Shown piece by piece: positions 11,342 through 21,111 of a stretch of DNA of 58,025 bases (the stretch's first letter is position 1; each line of letters opens with the position of its first letter). The position numbers and the translations under genes are program-made. The notes below the pieces were generated by a model, which saw nothing but the letters and a program-made list of their open reading frames with translations, did no database searches and was not told the origin of the DNA. Source of the stretch: Campylobacterota bacterium (GTDB taxonomy: Bacteria; Campylobacterota; Campylobacteria; Campylobacterales; Sulfurospirillaceae); NCBI GenBank assembly GCA_013151055.1, contig JAADIZ010000110.1, positions 1-58,025 on the forward strand. Reading direction: 5' to 3'.

Positions 11342-12031
11342 ATGGTTTTTTATCAGTATAAAGACGGATATAGATATAATAGTGATACTATTTTTTTATA
11401 TGATTTTATTTCAAAATATAAAATTTCAGGTTCGCTTTTGGATGTTGGTTCAGGATGTGGAATTTTAGGGCTTTTAATTAAAAGAGATTTTCCAAAAGTT
11501 GATTTAACTCAAATCGATATACAGGAAAAAAATGCTAGTTTAAACAAAAAAAATGCTCTAGCTAACAATCAAAAATCAGAAATTATTTGTGATGATTTTT
11601 TGGAGCATACTTTTGAAAAAAAGTTTGATTGTATCATCAGCAATCCACCTTTTTATCATGAGGGGTCTTTAAAAAGCGAAGATGAATCTCTTTTTTTAAG
11701 TCGTCATAGTCTTGCTTTACAAATTGATAAATTTATCAATAAAACATATAAATTACTAAAGCCAAAAGGTTCATTCATGTTTTGTTATGATGCAAAACAA
11801 ATTGATGATTTACTCGTAATTTTAACACAGGCAAAATTTAAAGTCAATGAAATAAAATTTATACATGTAAATTATGAAAAATTAGCGTCTTTAGTGATGA
11901 TTTATGCTAAAAGAGAATCCAAAAGTTTATGCAAGGTGCTACCACCACTGATACTTTATAAACAGAGGGAATATACAGATTTAGTAAAATATATATATAA
12001 AAAGGCAGATGCAAACAGTGAAAATATCTAA
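11342..12031 (+). CDS. tRNA1(Val) A37 N6-methyltransferase (YfiC/TrmN6 family)
   Basis: YQYKDGYRYNSD, LDVGSGCG SAM motif, ISNPPF. Confidence 0.85.
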   Translation: MVFYQYKDGYRYNSDTIFLYDFISKYKISGSLLDVGSGCGILGLLIKRDFPKVDLTQIDIQEKNASLNKKNALANNQKSEIICDDFLEHTFEKKFDCIISNPPFYHEGSLKSEDESLFLSRHSLALQIDKFINKTYKLLKPKGSFMFCYDAKQIDDLLVILTQAKFKVNEIKFIHVNYEKLASLVMIYAKRESKSLCKVLPPLILYKQREYTDLVKYIYKKADANSENI

Positions 12032-12392
12032 AGAAGGATATAAATATGCTTTTGAGACCAATGCTTGTGAAAAGTGTGCAGGAAATTGCTGTATTGGTGA
12101 AAGTGGATACATTTGGGTAACGCCAGTACAAATGCAAAATATTGCAAACTTTTTAAATCTTGAAATAGAAAAATTTTATGAAAAATACATAAAAAAAGTA
12201 AAATATAAATATTCGTTAAAAGAGATAGAGTATAATGGTGGTTTCAAATGTGTATTTTTTGAGGAAAAGAGAAGAAGTTGTGGCATATATCCCGTAAGAC
12301 CAGAACAGTGTAAAACTTTTCCTTTTTGGGAACATTTTAAAACAAATATAAATGAAGTGGAGGATGAATGTCCAGGTATAATTCGGTTATAG
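12009..12392 (+). CDS. YkgJ-family cysteine-cluster protein
   Basis: CxxCxGxCC ... C ... CGIYPVRPEQCKTFPFW. Confidence 0.88.
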   Translation: MQTVKISKEGYKYAFETNACEKCAGNCCIGESGYIWVTPVQMQNIANFLNLEIEKFYEKYIKKVKYKYSLKEIEYNGGFKCVFFEEKRRSCGIYPVRPEQCKTFPFWEHFKTNINEVEDECPGIIRL

Positions 12393-13636
12393 TTCTTTTT
12401 ATTATTCTTATTCTCACAGGTTGTTCGCAAAAAGCACCAGTAGTGAAAATTGGTAAGAAATCTTTTGCAAATGAAGATTTATTGATAATGCAAGCCTTAG
12501 AGGACCAAAGATTAGGAAAATATATAAGTGCGATGAGCACATTCGAGTTGCTGTATGAAAAAAGTAAAAAAATTGATTACTTAGAAAGAGAAGCTATGGT
12601 TTCACTTTTGAGCAAAAATAAAAAAGAGGCATATGATTTATTGAATAAATCTATAGATTTATATCCTAAAAATTTACTATTTAAAAAGCTTTTGACACAA
12701 TATTATCTTCAAAATAAGAATTATAAAAATGCAGAAAAAGTAGCTCTAGAAATCTTAAAAAAAGAAAAAACTGCACAAAATTTATCTCTAATGGGGGATA
12801 TTTATATGGTGCAAAAATCATATAAGCTTGCCTTAAAGTACTATCAAAGCTCATTCAAAATAGATAACTCTCAAAAATCTTTGATAAACATGGTAAGTTT
12901 GATGTATAGATTTTTAGGTAAAAAAGAAGAAGCAATCTCCTATCTTGAAACTTATGTAAGACTTCATGAAGCAAATAAGCGTGTATATTTTGTACTTTTA
13001 CGAATATACGGACAGGAAAAAAATATAAATGGACTTATCTCAACATATAAAAAGCTTTACCAAAAGTTTAAAACAGATGAGTTTGCTAAAAAAATTATAG
13101 AACTTTTAATATATAAAAAAGATAAATATGACGCGATAAAGTTTCTCAAAAAAAGTGGATACAATCCTAAAATGTTGCTTGACATATACTCTTCTAGTGG
13201 AGATTATACTGATGCTTACAAGGTCGCAAAAAAATTATATAAGAAGACAAAAAATGTCGATTTTCTAGGTAAAATGGCTATTTTTCAATATGAAGCTAAT
13301 AGAAAAAAATTAAATAAGAAAATTTTAAAATCAGTATCCGAAAAATTTGAAATAGTTTTGAAAGATTTTCAAGACCCTTTGTATTTGAATTATTATGGGT
13401 ACCTGCTTATAGATCATGATTTAGATGTTAAAAAAGGTGTCCGTCTTGTAAAAAGAGCTTTAGAGATAGAGCCAAAATCACTTTTTTATCTTGATTCGCT
13501 TGCTTGGGGATATTATAAATTAAATAAATGTAAAAAAGCATATGAAATCATCAAAAAATTTGCAAAAGACTCTGATGAACCGGAAGTCTTGTTGCACTAT
13601 AGAAAGATATTAAAGTGCATAAAAGAGGATAAATGA
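12368..13636 (+). CDS. TPR-repeat lipoprotein
   Basis: Lipobox LTGC, TPR-like repeats, LNYYGYLL...[11 protein letters not shown]. Confidence 0.8.
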   Translation: MSRYNSVIVLFIILILTGCSQKAPVVKIGKKSFANEDLLIMQALEDQRLGKYISAMSTFELLYEKSKKIDYLEREAMVSLLSKNKKEAYDLLNKSIDLYPKNLLFKKLLTQYYLQNKNYKNAEKVALEILKKEKTAQNLSLMGDIYMVQKSYKLALKYYQSSFKIDNSQKSLINMVSLMYRFLGKKEEAISYLETYVRLHEANKRVYFVLLRIYGQEKNINGLISTYKKLYQKFKTDEFAKKIIELLIYKKDKYDAIKFLKKSGYNPKMLLDIYSSSGDYTDAYKVAKKLYKKTKNVDFLGKMAIFQYEANRKKLNKKILKSVSEKFEIVLKDFQDPLYLNYYGYLLIDHDLDVKKGVRLVKRALEIEPKSLFYLDSLAWGYYKLNKCKKAYEIIKKFAKDSDEPEVLLHYRKILKCIKEDK

Positions 13637-14418
13637 TATTAGATGAAATTATCAAAAAAACAAAAGAAGATTTAAAAGAGAGAAAAAAAAAGTTTTCACT
13701 TGATTGGCTAGGTAGAAGCTTAGCGTATAATCCCTATCAACCAAGAGATGTCAGACCAATACTTGCTTCAAGCGATGATGACCCTTATAGAATTATCGCA
13801 GAAGTTAAAAAAGCAAGTCCAAGCAAAGGTGTGATTAGGAAAGATTTTGATCCATTATTTATAGCAAAAGAGTATGAAAAAGGTGGGGCAAATGCTATTT
13901 CTGTGCTCACTGAGCCTCATTTTTTCCAGGGAAATCTTGAATATATAACTCAAATCAGAAGATATGTCCCGACTCCTCTTTTAAGAAAAGATTTTATAAT
14001 AGATGAATATCAAATTCTCGAGGCACTTGTTTATGGAGCTGATTTTATACTATTAATCGCAAAAGCACTTTGTCAAAAAGAGTTAAAAGCACTGCTGGAG
14101 TATGCTTGGAGGCTAGGATTAAATGCTTTAGTTGAAGTTCATGACAAGGAGGATTTGACAAAAGCTATATTTGCAGGTGCTGATATTATCGGTATAAATC
14201 ATAGAAATCTTGAAACATTTGAGATGGATATGGAACTATGTAAAAAACTTATTCCCCTCATTCCAAATGGTAAAATCATTGTTGCAGAGAGTGGATTGAA
14301 TGATAAAGAGACTTTAGTCGAATTAAACAAAGCAGGTGTTGATGCTTTCTTGATTGGTGAGCATTTTATGCGTCAAGAAAATATATCACAAAGCTTAAAA
14401 GAGTTTAAAAGCATATGA
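13633..14418 (+). CDS. trpC: Indole-3-glycerol phosphate synthase
   Basis: [34 protein letters not shown]. Confidence 0.97.
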   Translation: MILDEIIKKTKEDLKERKKKFSLDWLGRSLAYNPYQPRDVRPILASSDDDPYRIIAEVKKASPSKGVIRKDFDPLFIAKEYEKGGANAISVLTEPHFFQGNLEYITQIRRYVPTPLLRKDFIIDEYQILEALVYGADFILLIAKALCQKELKALLEYAWRLGLNALVEVHDKEDLTKAIFAGADIIGINHRNLETFEMDMELCKKLIPLIPNGKIIVAESGLNDKETLVELNKAGVDAFLIGEHFMRQENISQSLKEFKSI

Positions 14419-14912
14419 ATTATCTATATGCTCCATGGCGAAGAGATTATGTGATAAGAGATAAAAAAAGTGCTTGTGTGTTTTGTGACATCGTACAAAA
14501 TCCTAACCTAGATGATGAAAATTTTGTTTTATATAGAGATGAGAAATGTTTTATTGTGATGAATAAATATCCCTATACTGCTGGACATATCATGGTGATA
14601 CCATTGCAACATATTGACAACATAGAAAATTTAGATGAAAAAGTTTGGTTGCATTTGAGCAAAATTGTCAAGAAATGTGTCAAAATGCTTAAAGATGAAT
14701 TTAATGCGGATGGCGTAAATTTAGGTATGAACTTAGGAAGAGGTGCAGGTGCGGGAATAGCCGAACATGTGCATTATCATGTCATGCCAAGATGGATTGG
14801 AGATACAAATTTTATAACAACTATTGCTGACACAAGAGTATTTTCTACTGATTTTAAAAAAACACATAAACAACTTAAAAATGATATAGGTAAATATGTT
14901 AGAAATAATTAA
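14415..14912 (+). CDS. HIT-family hydrolase
   Basis: [24 protein letters not shown] histidine triad. Confidence 0.92.
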   Translation: MNYLYAPWRRDYVIRDKKSACVFCDIVQNPNLDDENFVLYRDEKCFIVMNKYPYTAGHIMVIPLQHIDNIENLDEKVWLHLSKIVKKCVKMLKDEFNADGVNLGMNLGRGAGAGIAEHVHYHVMPRWIGDTNFITTIADTRVFSTDFKKTHKQLKNDIGKYVRNN

Positions 14913-15894
14913 TACCAAAGATTTTATAGAGCAATATAGTGAGTTTGATCTTATAATTGATGCAAGAAGTCCTAGTGAATATAAGCATTCAAAAATCCCA
15001 AATGCAGTGAATTTTTTTGCTTTAAGTGATAAAGAACACGAAGAAATTGGATTTATATATAAACAAAAATCAAAAAGTGAAGCAAAGGTAAAAGGTGCAA
15101 GCTATATATGCCTAAATGCAGCAAGACATATTTTTGAGCTAAATAAATTATGTAAAATTGGCTCAAAAATTGCGATTTACTGTGCAAGAGGAGGGTTAAG
15201 ATCAGGCTCTTTGGCGACAATATTTTCAAATATAGGTTACAGGGTGTATAAACTAGATTTTGGATACAAAGGTTTTAGAAGTCATGTTGTGCATAATATT
15301 GAAAATTTTCCACATAAAAATTTTATAGTTTTAGGCGGAAATACGGGGTGTGGCAAAAGCGAACTAATACAAAAACTTCCAAATTCTATAGATTTAGAAG
15401 CACTAGCAAACCACCTAGGCTCTACATTTGGCTCTGTTAAAGGCGAGCAACCTTCTCAAAAAGAGTTTCAAAATAAGCTGTTTTTTGAGCTTTTAAAGAT
15501 GAATACAAGTAAACCTATCTTTATAGAAGGAGAGAGTAAAAGGATAGGAAAGATAATTCTTCCTGATTTGTTGTATAAAAGAATGGGCGAGGGCAAAAGA
15601 GTCGAGGTAACAGCGCCAATAGAACAAAGAGTGCAAAGAATCTTAGATGACTATATAGACATAGATGATGAATTTTTTTATTATTGCATGGATAAAATCA
15701 CACCTTATATAAAAAAAACTGCAAAAGAAGAGATAATTCTAGAATATAAAAATAGAAACTTAGCAAAAGTTTCTGAAATTTTACTGCTTGATTACTATGA
15801 CCATGTGTATAAAAAACCAAAAAAAGTGGATTCTTCAATCTCAAATAAAGATGAAAATAAAGCACTAAAGGCTTTGATGGATTTAGTGGTTTAA
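14896..15894 (+). CDS. selU: tRNA 2-selenouridine synthase
   Basis: Rhodanese domain DARSPSEY...YCARGGLRS, P-loop GNTGCGKS, DLEALANHLGSTFG, EGESKRIG. Confidence 0.92.
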   Translation: MLEIINTKDFIEQYSEFDLIIDARSPSEYKHSKIPNAVNFFALSDKEHEEIGFIYKQKSKSEAKVKGASYICLNAARHIFELNKLCKIGSKIAIYCARGGLRSGSLATIFSNIGYRVYKLDFGYKGFRSHVVHNIENFPHKNFIVLGGNTGCGKSELIQKLPNSIDLEALANHLGSTFGSVKGEQPSQKEFQNKLFFELLKMNTSKPIFIEGESKRIGKIILPDLLYKRMGEGKRVEVTAPIEQRVQRILDDYIDIDDEFFYYCMDKITPYIKKTAKEEIILEYKNRNLAKVSEILLLDYYDHVYKKPKKVDSSISNKDENKALKALMDLVV

Positions 15895-16791
15895 GGCTTC
15901 TTTCACAGCATTTATATAACTTTTGAGTGATAAATTTGAATTTTTATATGCTTTATCAAATGCAGTTCCGTGATCAACAGAAGTTCTAACGATACTATCA
16001 TTTAGGGTGACATTTATACTTTCATCAAAATAAAGTGCTTTTAGTGGTATCAACCCTTGATCATGATACATACAAACAAAATACTTAAATTCTTTTCTGT
16101 TCTCTTTACTAAAAGCAGTGTCTGGTACAAGTGGACCTTGAAAAATATCTCGTTTTATCGATTTATTTGCTTTTTTTATAGCTTTTTGTATATCTTTATC
16201 TTCGCTTCCTATAACACCATCATCGCCTGCATGTGGATTCAATCCTAGAACGGCAATTTTATCAGAGTCTATATATTTAGAAATATCAATTAAAAATTTT
16301 GATAATTTTTTCGTGCTTATTTGAGAGCTAACATCTTTGAGTGGTATATGATGAGTAAAAAGTATGACGAACATGTCTTTACAACCTAACATCATAGTTG
16401 TTTCACAACCAAGCAAATCACTAAGAGCGTCTGTGTGACCTTTGTAGTTAATTCCAGCCATTGCCCAAGAGGATTTGTTTATTGGTAGAGTTACTATTGC
16501 TGATACTTTTTTACTTTTTGCAAGAGCAACGGCAGTGATAAATGAATCAAAAGAGGATTCGCCAGCTTCTTTGGTGTTTTCACCTGGTTTTATATCAAAA
16601 ACTTCGCCACATTCTTGAATCTTGAATTCTTTTGGTATATCAATGCCTAGCATGGCACTTCCCCACTCAAGTATAAGTCTGTTTATGCAATAAATTGGCT
16701 TGCAAATTTTGGAAATCTTTTTATGAGCCTTTAATGCAATTTCAAGCCCGATACCATTTAAATCGCCTATGCTAATAGCTATTTTTTTCAT
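15883..16791 (-). CDS. pdxA: 4-hydroxythreonine-4-phosphate dehydrogenase
   Basis: GDLNGIGLE, GHTD, LNPHAGD, YHDQGLIPLK, RTSVDHGTAFD. Confidence 0.95.
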   Translation of the reverse strand: MKKIAISIGDLNGIGLEIALKAHKKISKICKPIYCINRLILEWGSAMLGIDIPKEFKIQECGEVFDIKPGENTKEAGESSFDSFITAVALAKSKKVSAIVTLPINKSSWAMAGINYKGHTDALSDLLGCETTMMLGCKDMFVILFTHHIPLKDVSSQISTKKLSKFLIDISKYIDSDKIAVLGLNPHAGDDGVIGSEDKDIQKAIKKANKSIKRDIFQGPLVPDTAFSKENRKEFKYFVCMYHDQGLIPLKALYFDESINVTLNDSIVRTSVDHGTAFDKAYKNSNLSLKSYINAVKEALNH

Positions 16792-17037
16792 TTTATTGTC
16801 CCCTTTGTTAGGAGCAAAGCTCCTGACAAATTCCTCGCGACTAAAGCTTTGGCTTTGCCAAGAAGAAACTTATTTTATTGTCATCTTGTTTAAGAGCAAA
16901 GCTCTCAAACAATTCACACTCTACTGAAGCACGAAGTAGTAACTTCTGCAGTTTTATATTATTGTCCCCTTTTTACGGAAGTAAATTCCGCAAAAATTCC
17001 TCGCGACTGTTGCTTTGGCTTTGGCGAAAAGTTTCAT
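16788..17037. repeat. Array of three ~82-bp hairpin-containing cassettes between pdxJ and pdxA
   Basis: Boundary motif T(C/T)AT(T/A)TTATTGTC at 16788, 16870, 16954 and an 11/13 match at 17034; 27-nt hairpins at 16804-16830, 16886-16912, 16970-16996; units 1 and 3 align without gaps. Confidence 0.85.
16954..17037 (-). CDS. Possible 27-aa peptide MKLFAKAKATVARNFCGIYFRKKGTII spanning one repeat cassette
   Basis: ATG overlaps the pdxJ TGA (ATGA); frame ends at the TAA in the next boundary motif; may be non-coding. Confidence 0.25.
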   Translation of the reverse strand: MKLFAKAKATVARNFCGIYFRKKGTII

Positions 17038-17813
17038 TGTATTATCTCAAGCATTTCTCGCACCGCATTTTCAAAACCAGTAAAAACAGATCTTGCTATT
17101 ATACATTGACCGATATTGAGTTCTATGATGCCATTTATCTTACATATTTCTTTTACATTTTGATAATTTAATCCATGTCCAGCGGCTACTTTTAAGCCTA
17201 ACGAATTTGCATAAGCAGTATTGTCTATCAGTTCTTTTAATGATAATTGAAGTAATTTTTTTAATTTACTTCTTGGAAGTTCTAGCTCTTTTATGCTGTG
17301 TTTAGTAAATCCTAAATTAGAAAATAACATAGCATAGATATTTGAATACAAACCAGTATGCAGTTCTATCCAATCAACTCCGATATCTTTTGATAATTTG
17401 ATAACTTTCGGATTAGGGTCTATAAATAAAGATACTTCTATTCCATTTGTTTGCAACTCTTTTGTGACATCTTTTAAAGCTTCAAAATTTTTCGACACAT
17501 CAAGCCCACCTTCTGTCGTTACTTCCTCTCTTTTTTCGGGAACAATTGTAACACGATGGGGTTTTAATTCTAAAACTTTTTTTATGATTTTCTCATCTAT
17601 GGCACACTCAAGATTAATGGGCAATTGAGAATTTTCTATAATTCTTTTTGCATCATAATCATTTATATGTCTTCTGTCTTCCCTTAGATGTATAGTAATT
17701 TGATCAGCTCTAGCTCTTTTGACAATTGGTACAGCATCTAGCGGATCTGGGTCATTAATTTTTCTAGCTTCTCTTAAGACTGCGATATGATCAATATTTA
17801 CTCCAAGTAACAT
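17034..17813 (-). CDS. pdxJ: Pyridoxine 5'-phosphate synthase
   Basis: LGVNIDHIAVLREAR, HLREDRRHI, VPEKREEVTTEGGLD, AGHGLNY. Confidence 0.97.
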   Translation of the reverse strand: MLLGVNIDHIAVLREARKINDPDPLDAVPIVKRARADQITIHLREDRRHINDYDAKRIIENSQLPINLECAIDEKIIKKVLELKPHRVTIVPEKREEVTTEGGLDVSKNFEALKDVTKELQTNGIEVSLFIDPNPKVIKLSKDIGVDWIELHTGLYSNIYAMLFSNLGFTKHSIKELELPRSKLKKLLQLSLKELIDNTAYANSLGLKVAAGHGLNYQNVKEICKINGIIELNIGQCIIARSVFTGFENAVREMLEIIQ

Positions 17814-17924
17814 CGTAAACCTCTTTTTTATTTATTTTATCCATACATTGCTTAAGTTCTTTTAATATTTCCTAAATTAGCAGATAATTGGCTATAATAA
17901 AACCATAAAACAAGGATAAGAGAA

Positions 17925-18800
17925 ATGATTGGTTGTGATTTAGGTTCAAATACCATAAGAATAGTCCAAATTGATTGTGCTACAAAAGAAAGAATAAACG
18001 AATTTGAGAGAATTGTAAAGACTGGCAAAAATTTGGAAAAAAGTGGTATCATAAGTGATGAAGCGATAGCAAATATACTAAATGCCTTGCAAGATGCTCA
18101 AAATTTTATAGATTTTAACTGCGATAAGACCAAATGTGTCACAACTCAGGCTTTAAGAGTTGCAAAAAATGCCAACTCTGTTTTAGAAAAGATAAAAGAA
18201 CAATTTGATTTGGATTTTGAGATAATTAGTGGAGAAGAAGAGGCAAAATATACTATATTGGGAGTTAGAAACTCACTTTTAAGACAAAATATAAATGATG
18301 AAAATTTTGCTCTATTTGATTTAGGAGGAGGCTCAACTGAACTTAGTTATATCAAAAATGATGTCATAAATAGTAAAAGTTTTTCTTTTGGGATATTAAA
18401 TGTTTCAGAAAAATATAGAAAAGATTTAGAAAGCGGAATTAAAAAAGAGATAAAACCTTTGATTGATTTTGCTAAAAAAAATAAAAAAGCTGACTTTTTA
18501 GTTGCAACTGCTGGAACACCTACGACTGTATCTGCATTTTTACAAGGAATGGATTACGCTTCTTATGATCATCAAAAAGTGAATGGATCAGTCTTGTATT
18601 TAAATGATTTTGAAAAAGCATATAAAAGGATACTTAAACTGAGTAAAAATGAGCAAGAGAGATATTGTGGTGCAAATAGAAGTGAACTTATAAAAACAGG
18701 AATTTTAATAGTTATAAGTATTATGCAAAATATAGGATTTGAAAAATGTATAGTCATAGATGACGGACTAAGAGAAGGAGTAGCACTCTCTTTGTGCTAA
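17925..18800 (+). CDS. Ppx/GppA-family phosphatase (short form)
   Basis: DLGSNTIR, ISGEEEA, DLGGGSTE, GLREG. Confidence 0.9.
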   Translation: MIGCDLGSNTIRIVQIDCATKERINEFERIVKTGKNLEKSGIISDEAIANILNALQDAQNFIDFNCDKTKCVTTQALRVAKNANSVLEKIKEQFDLDFEIISGEEEAKYTILGVRNSLLRQNINDENFALFDLGGGSTELSYIKNDVINSKSFSFGILNVSEKYRKDLESGIKKEIKPLIDFAKKNKKADFLVATAGTPTTVSAFLQGMDYASYDHQKVNGSVLYLNDFEKAYKRILKLSKNEQERYCGANRSELIKTGILIVISIMQNIGFEKCIVIDDGLREGVALSLC

Positions 18801-18842
18801 ATTAAAGACTTTTTTAGGTACAATATCAAGCTTTACGCGATA

Positions 18843-18919
18843 GATTTCTTTTGTAACTTTAGTTTAAGACTCAGACCAACGGGTGGATTTGCCTCTAAGT
18901 TTGAGTTACAAAAGAAATC
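18843..18919 (+). promoter_or_regulatory. Long stem-loop in the ilvI 5' leader
   Basis: GATTTCTTTTGTAACT ... AGTTACAAAAGAAATC perfect 16-bp inverted repeat, between a TACAAT -10-like box (18819) and the AAAGGAG RBS. Confidence 0.55.
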
Positions 18920-18943
18920 AAATAAAAAATGAAAGGAGATGTC

Positions 18944-20638
18944 ATGGATTTAAACGGTTCCCAGATGGTTATCGAAGCACTGCGAAGGGAGAATGTTAGC
19001 GTTGTCTTTGGCTATCCTGGTGGTGCTATCATGAATGTTTATGACGAAATTTATAAACAAAATTATTTTGAGCATATATTGACAAGGCATGAACAAGCTG
19101 CAATTCATGCAGCCGATGGATATGCAAGAGCTAGTGGAAAAGTGGGAGTTGCTTTTGTTACAAGTGGTCCTGGATTTACAAATGCAGTAACAGGACTTGC
19201 GACCGCTTATATAGACTCTGTTCCTATGGTTGTTATTAGTGGACAAGTTCCTATAAGTATGATTGGTACTGACGCATTTCAAGAGATAGATGCAGTTGGA
19301 ATCAGCAGACCTTGCGTAAAACATAATTATCTCGTAAAAGATGCTAAGGATTTGCCTAGAGTTTTAAAAGAAGCTTTTTATATAGCAAGTAGTGGCAGAC
19401 CAGGACCCGTACATATTGATATACCTAAAGATGTTACGGCTCAAATAGCAAAATTTGATTATCCCCAAAAAATTACAATGCAAACATATAAGCCAACCTA
19501 TAAAGGCAATAGCAGACAAATCAAAAAAGTTGTAGATGCAATTGCCAATTCTAGTAGACCAATTTTATATATTGGTGGAGGTGCGGTAAATTCAGGAGCA
19601 AGCGAACTTGTTCGAGAGTTTGCAAAATTTACTGGCATACCTGCAGTTGAAACTTTGATGGCTAGAGGTGTTATGGGTGACTCAAATCCTTTGCTTATGG
19701 GTATGGTTGGTATGCATGGATGCTATAGTGCAAACATGGCAATGAGTGAAGCGGACCTCATGATAGCTTTAGGCTCTAGATTTGATGATAGGGTGACGGG
19801 AAAATTGAGTGAATTTGCAAAACATGCAAAGGTCGTACATGTAGATATAGATCCAAGTAGCATCGGAAAAATTGTTGATATTGACTATCCAATAGTTGGT
19901 GATTTGAAAAATGTTTTGAGTGATATGATGCCAATCGCAAGAGAAAAAGTTAAAAGAGCAAAATACCAATCATGGAGAGATTTACTAAAAAGATATGATG
20001 AAATTCATCCTCTAGGCTATAGCGATAATAAAAACAATATAAAACCACAATGGGTCATACAAAGAGTAGGAGAAACTCTAGGCGATAAAGCTATCATCTC
20101 TACAGATGTAGGACAGCACCAAATGTGGACGGCACAATTTTATCCATTTAGCAGACCTAGACAGTTTATCACAAGTGGAGGATTGGGTACTATGGGTTTT
20201 GGTTTTCCAGCTGCTATGGGTGTGAAAAAAGCAATCCCTGAGAAAATCTCAATAAATATCTCTGGAGATGGTTCTATTTTAATGAATATTCAAGAGTTAA
20301 TGACAGCTTATGAATCAAATATACCAGTTATTAATATCATTTTAAATAATGGCTTTTTGGGCATGGTTAGGCAATGGCAAACATTTTTTTATGATAAAAG
20401 ATATGCATCTACGGATTTAAGTAGAGCTCAACCTGATTTTGTAAAACTTGCTGAAAGTTTTGGTGGTAGAGGTTTTAGAGTTGAGACTAAAAAAGAGTTT
20501 GATGAAGCATTGAAAGAGGCAATTAAGAGCAATGTCGTATGTATGATTGATGTAAATGTTGATAGGTTGGAAAATGTACTACCAATGGTTCCAGCTGGTG
20601 GAACACTATACAATATGATGTTAGAGTATAAGGAATAG
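18944..20638 (+). CDS. ilvI: Acetolactate synthase large subunit
   Basis: FGYPGGA, RHEQAA, TDVGQHQMW, GDGSILMN ThDP motif; start placed at the ATG after AAAGGAG. Confidence 0.95.
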   Translation: MDLNGSQMVIEALRRENVSVVFGYPGGAIMNVYDEIYKQNYFEHILTRHEQAAIHAADGYARASGKVGVAFVTSGPGFTNAVTGLATAYIDSVPMVVISGQVPISMIGTDAFQEIDAVGISRPCVKHNYLVKDAKDLPRVLKEAFYIASSGRPGPVHIDIPKDVTAQIAKFDYPQKITMQTYKPTYKGNSRQIKKVVDAIANSSRPILYIGGGAVNSGASELVREFAKFTGIPAVETLMARGVMGDSNPLLMGMVGMHGCYSANMAMSEADLMIALGSRFDDRVTGKLSEFAKHAKVVHVDIDPSSIGKIVDIDYPIVGDLKNVLSDMMPIAREKVKRAKYQSWRDLLKRYDEIHPLGYSDNKNNIKPQWVIQRVGETLGDKAIISTDVGQHQMWTAQFYPFSRPRQFITSGGLGTMGFGFPAAMGVKKAIPEKISINISGDGSILMNIQELMTAYESNIPVINIILNNGFLGMVRQWQTFFYDKRYASTDLSRAQPDFVKLAESFGGRGFRVETKKEFDEALKEAIKSNVVCMIDVNVDRLENVLPMVPAGGTLYNMMLEYKE

Positions 20639-20640
20639 AC

Positions 20641-21111
20641 ATGAAAGAAATCAGAAGAGTATTATCTGTTATTGTGACAAATGAAGATGGTGTACTATCA
20701 AGAATTTCAGGGCTATTTGCAGGAAGAGGGTACAATATAGATTCTCTTACGGTGGCTCCCGTTCCTGAAACAAATTTATCTAGACTTACTATAGTAACAT
20801 GCGGAAATGAGAGAGTTTTAGAGCAAATTGTAAAACAATTGCATAAATTAATACCAACTTATAAAGTTATAGAATCTGGTGAATTTGTTGAAAAAGAGAT
20901 GGCATTAGTAAAAATTCCTTTGAATGAAGATTTTAATGGTTTGGATGCAATGCTAAAGGCTTATAACGGTACCATTGCAAATAGTGGAGAGAATTTTATA
21001 GTTATCATGGTGGCAGATAATGCTAAAAGGATAGATAATTTTCTTAAAACTGTAAAAAGATATAACCCTATACAGATAGTTCGTAGTGGCTCAGTCGCCA
21101 TGGATATTTGA
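20641..21111 (+). CDS. ilvH: Acetolactate synthase small (regulatory ACT) subunit
   Basis: [25 protein letters not shown]. Confidence 0.95.
   Translation: MKEIRRVLSVIVTNEDGVLSRISGLFAGRGYNIDSLTVAPVPETNLSRLTIVTCGNERVLEQIVKQLHKLIPTYKVIESGEFVEKEMALVKIPLNEDFNGLDAMLKAYNGTIANSGENFIVIMVADNAKRIDNFLKTVKRYNPIQIVRSGSVAMDI

Noticed and set aside
13633-14418. trpC separated from other trp genes as a novelty
   Set aside because: This methyltransferase-TPR-trpC-HIT-selU arrangement is the familiar Campylobacterota gene order.
14896-15894. Selenoprotein (UGA read-through) genes near selU
   Set aside because: Neighbouring ORFs are complete; I saw no in-frame TGA replacing a catalytic Cys.
16788-17037. CRISPR array interpretation of the periodic repeat
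   Set aside because: Only a ~13-nt degenerate boundary is common, the would-be spacers of units 1 and 3 are homologous, the period is 80-84 bp, and there are no cas genes in the window.
16878-17171. 97-aa plus-strand ORF over the repeat array
   Set aside because: Overlaps pdxJ antisense, TTG start without RBS, no recognisable motifs.
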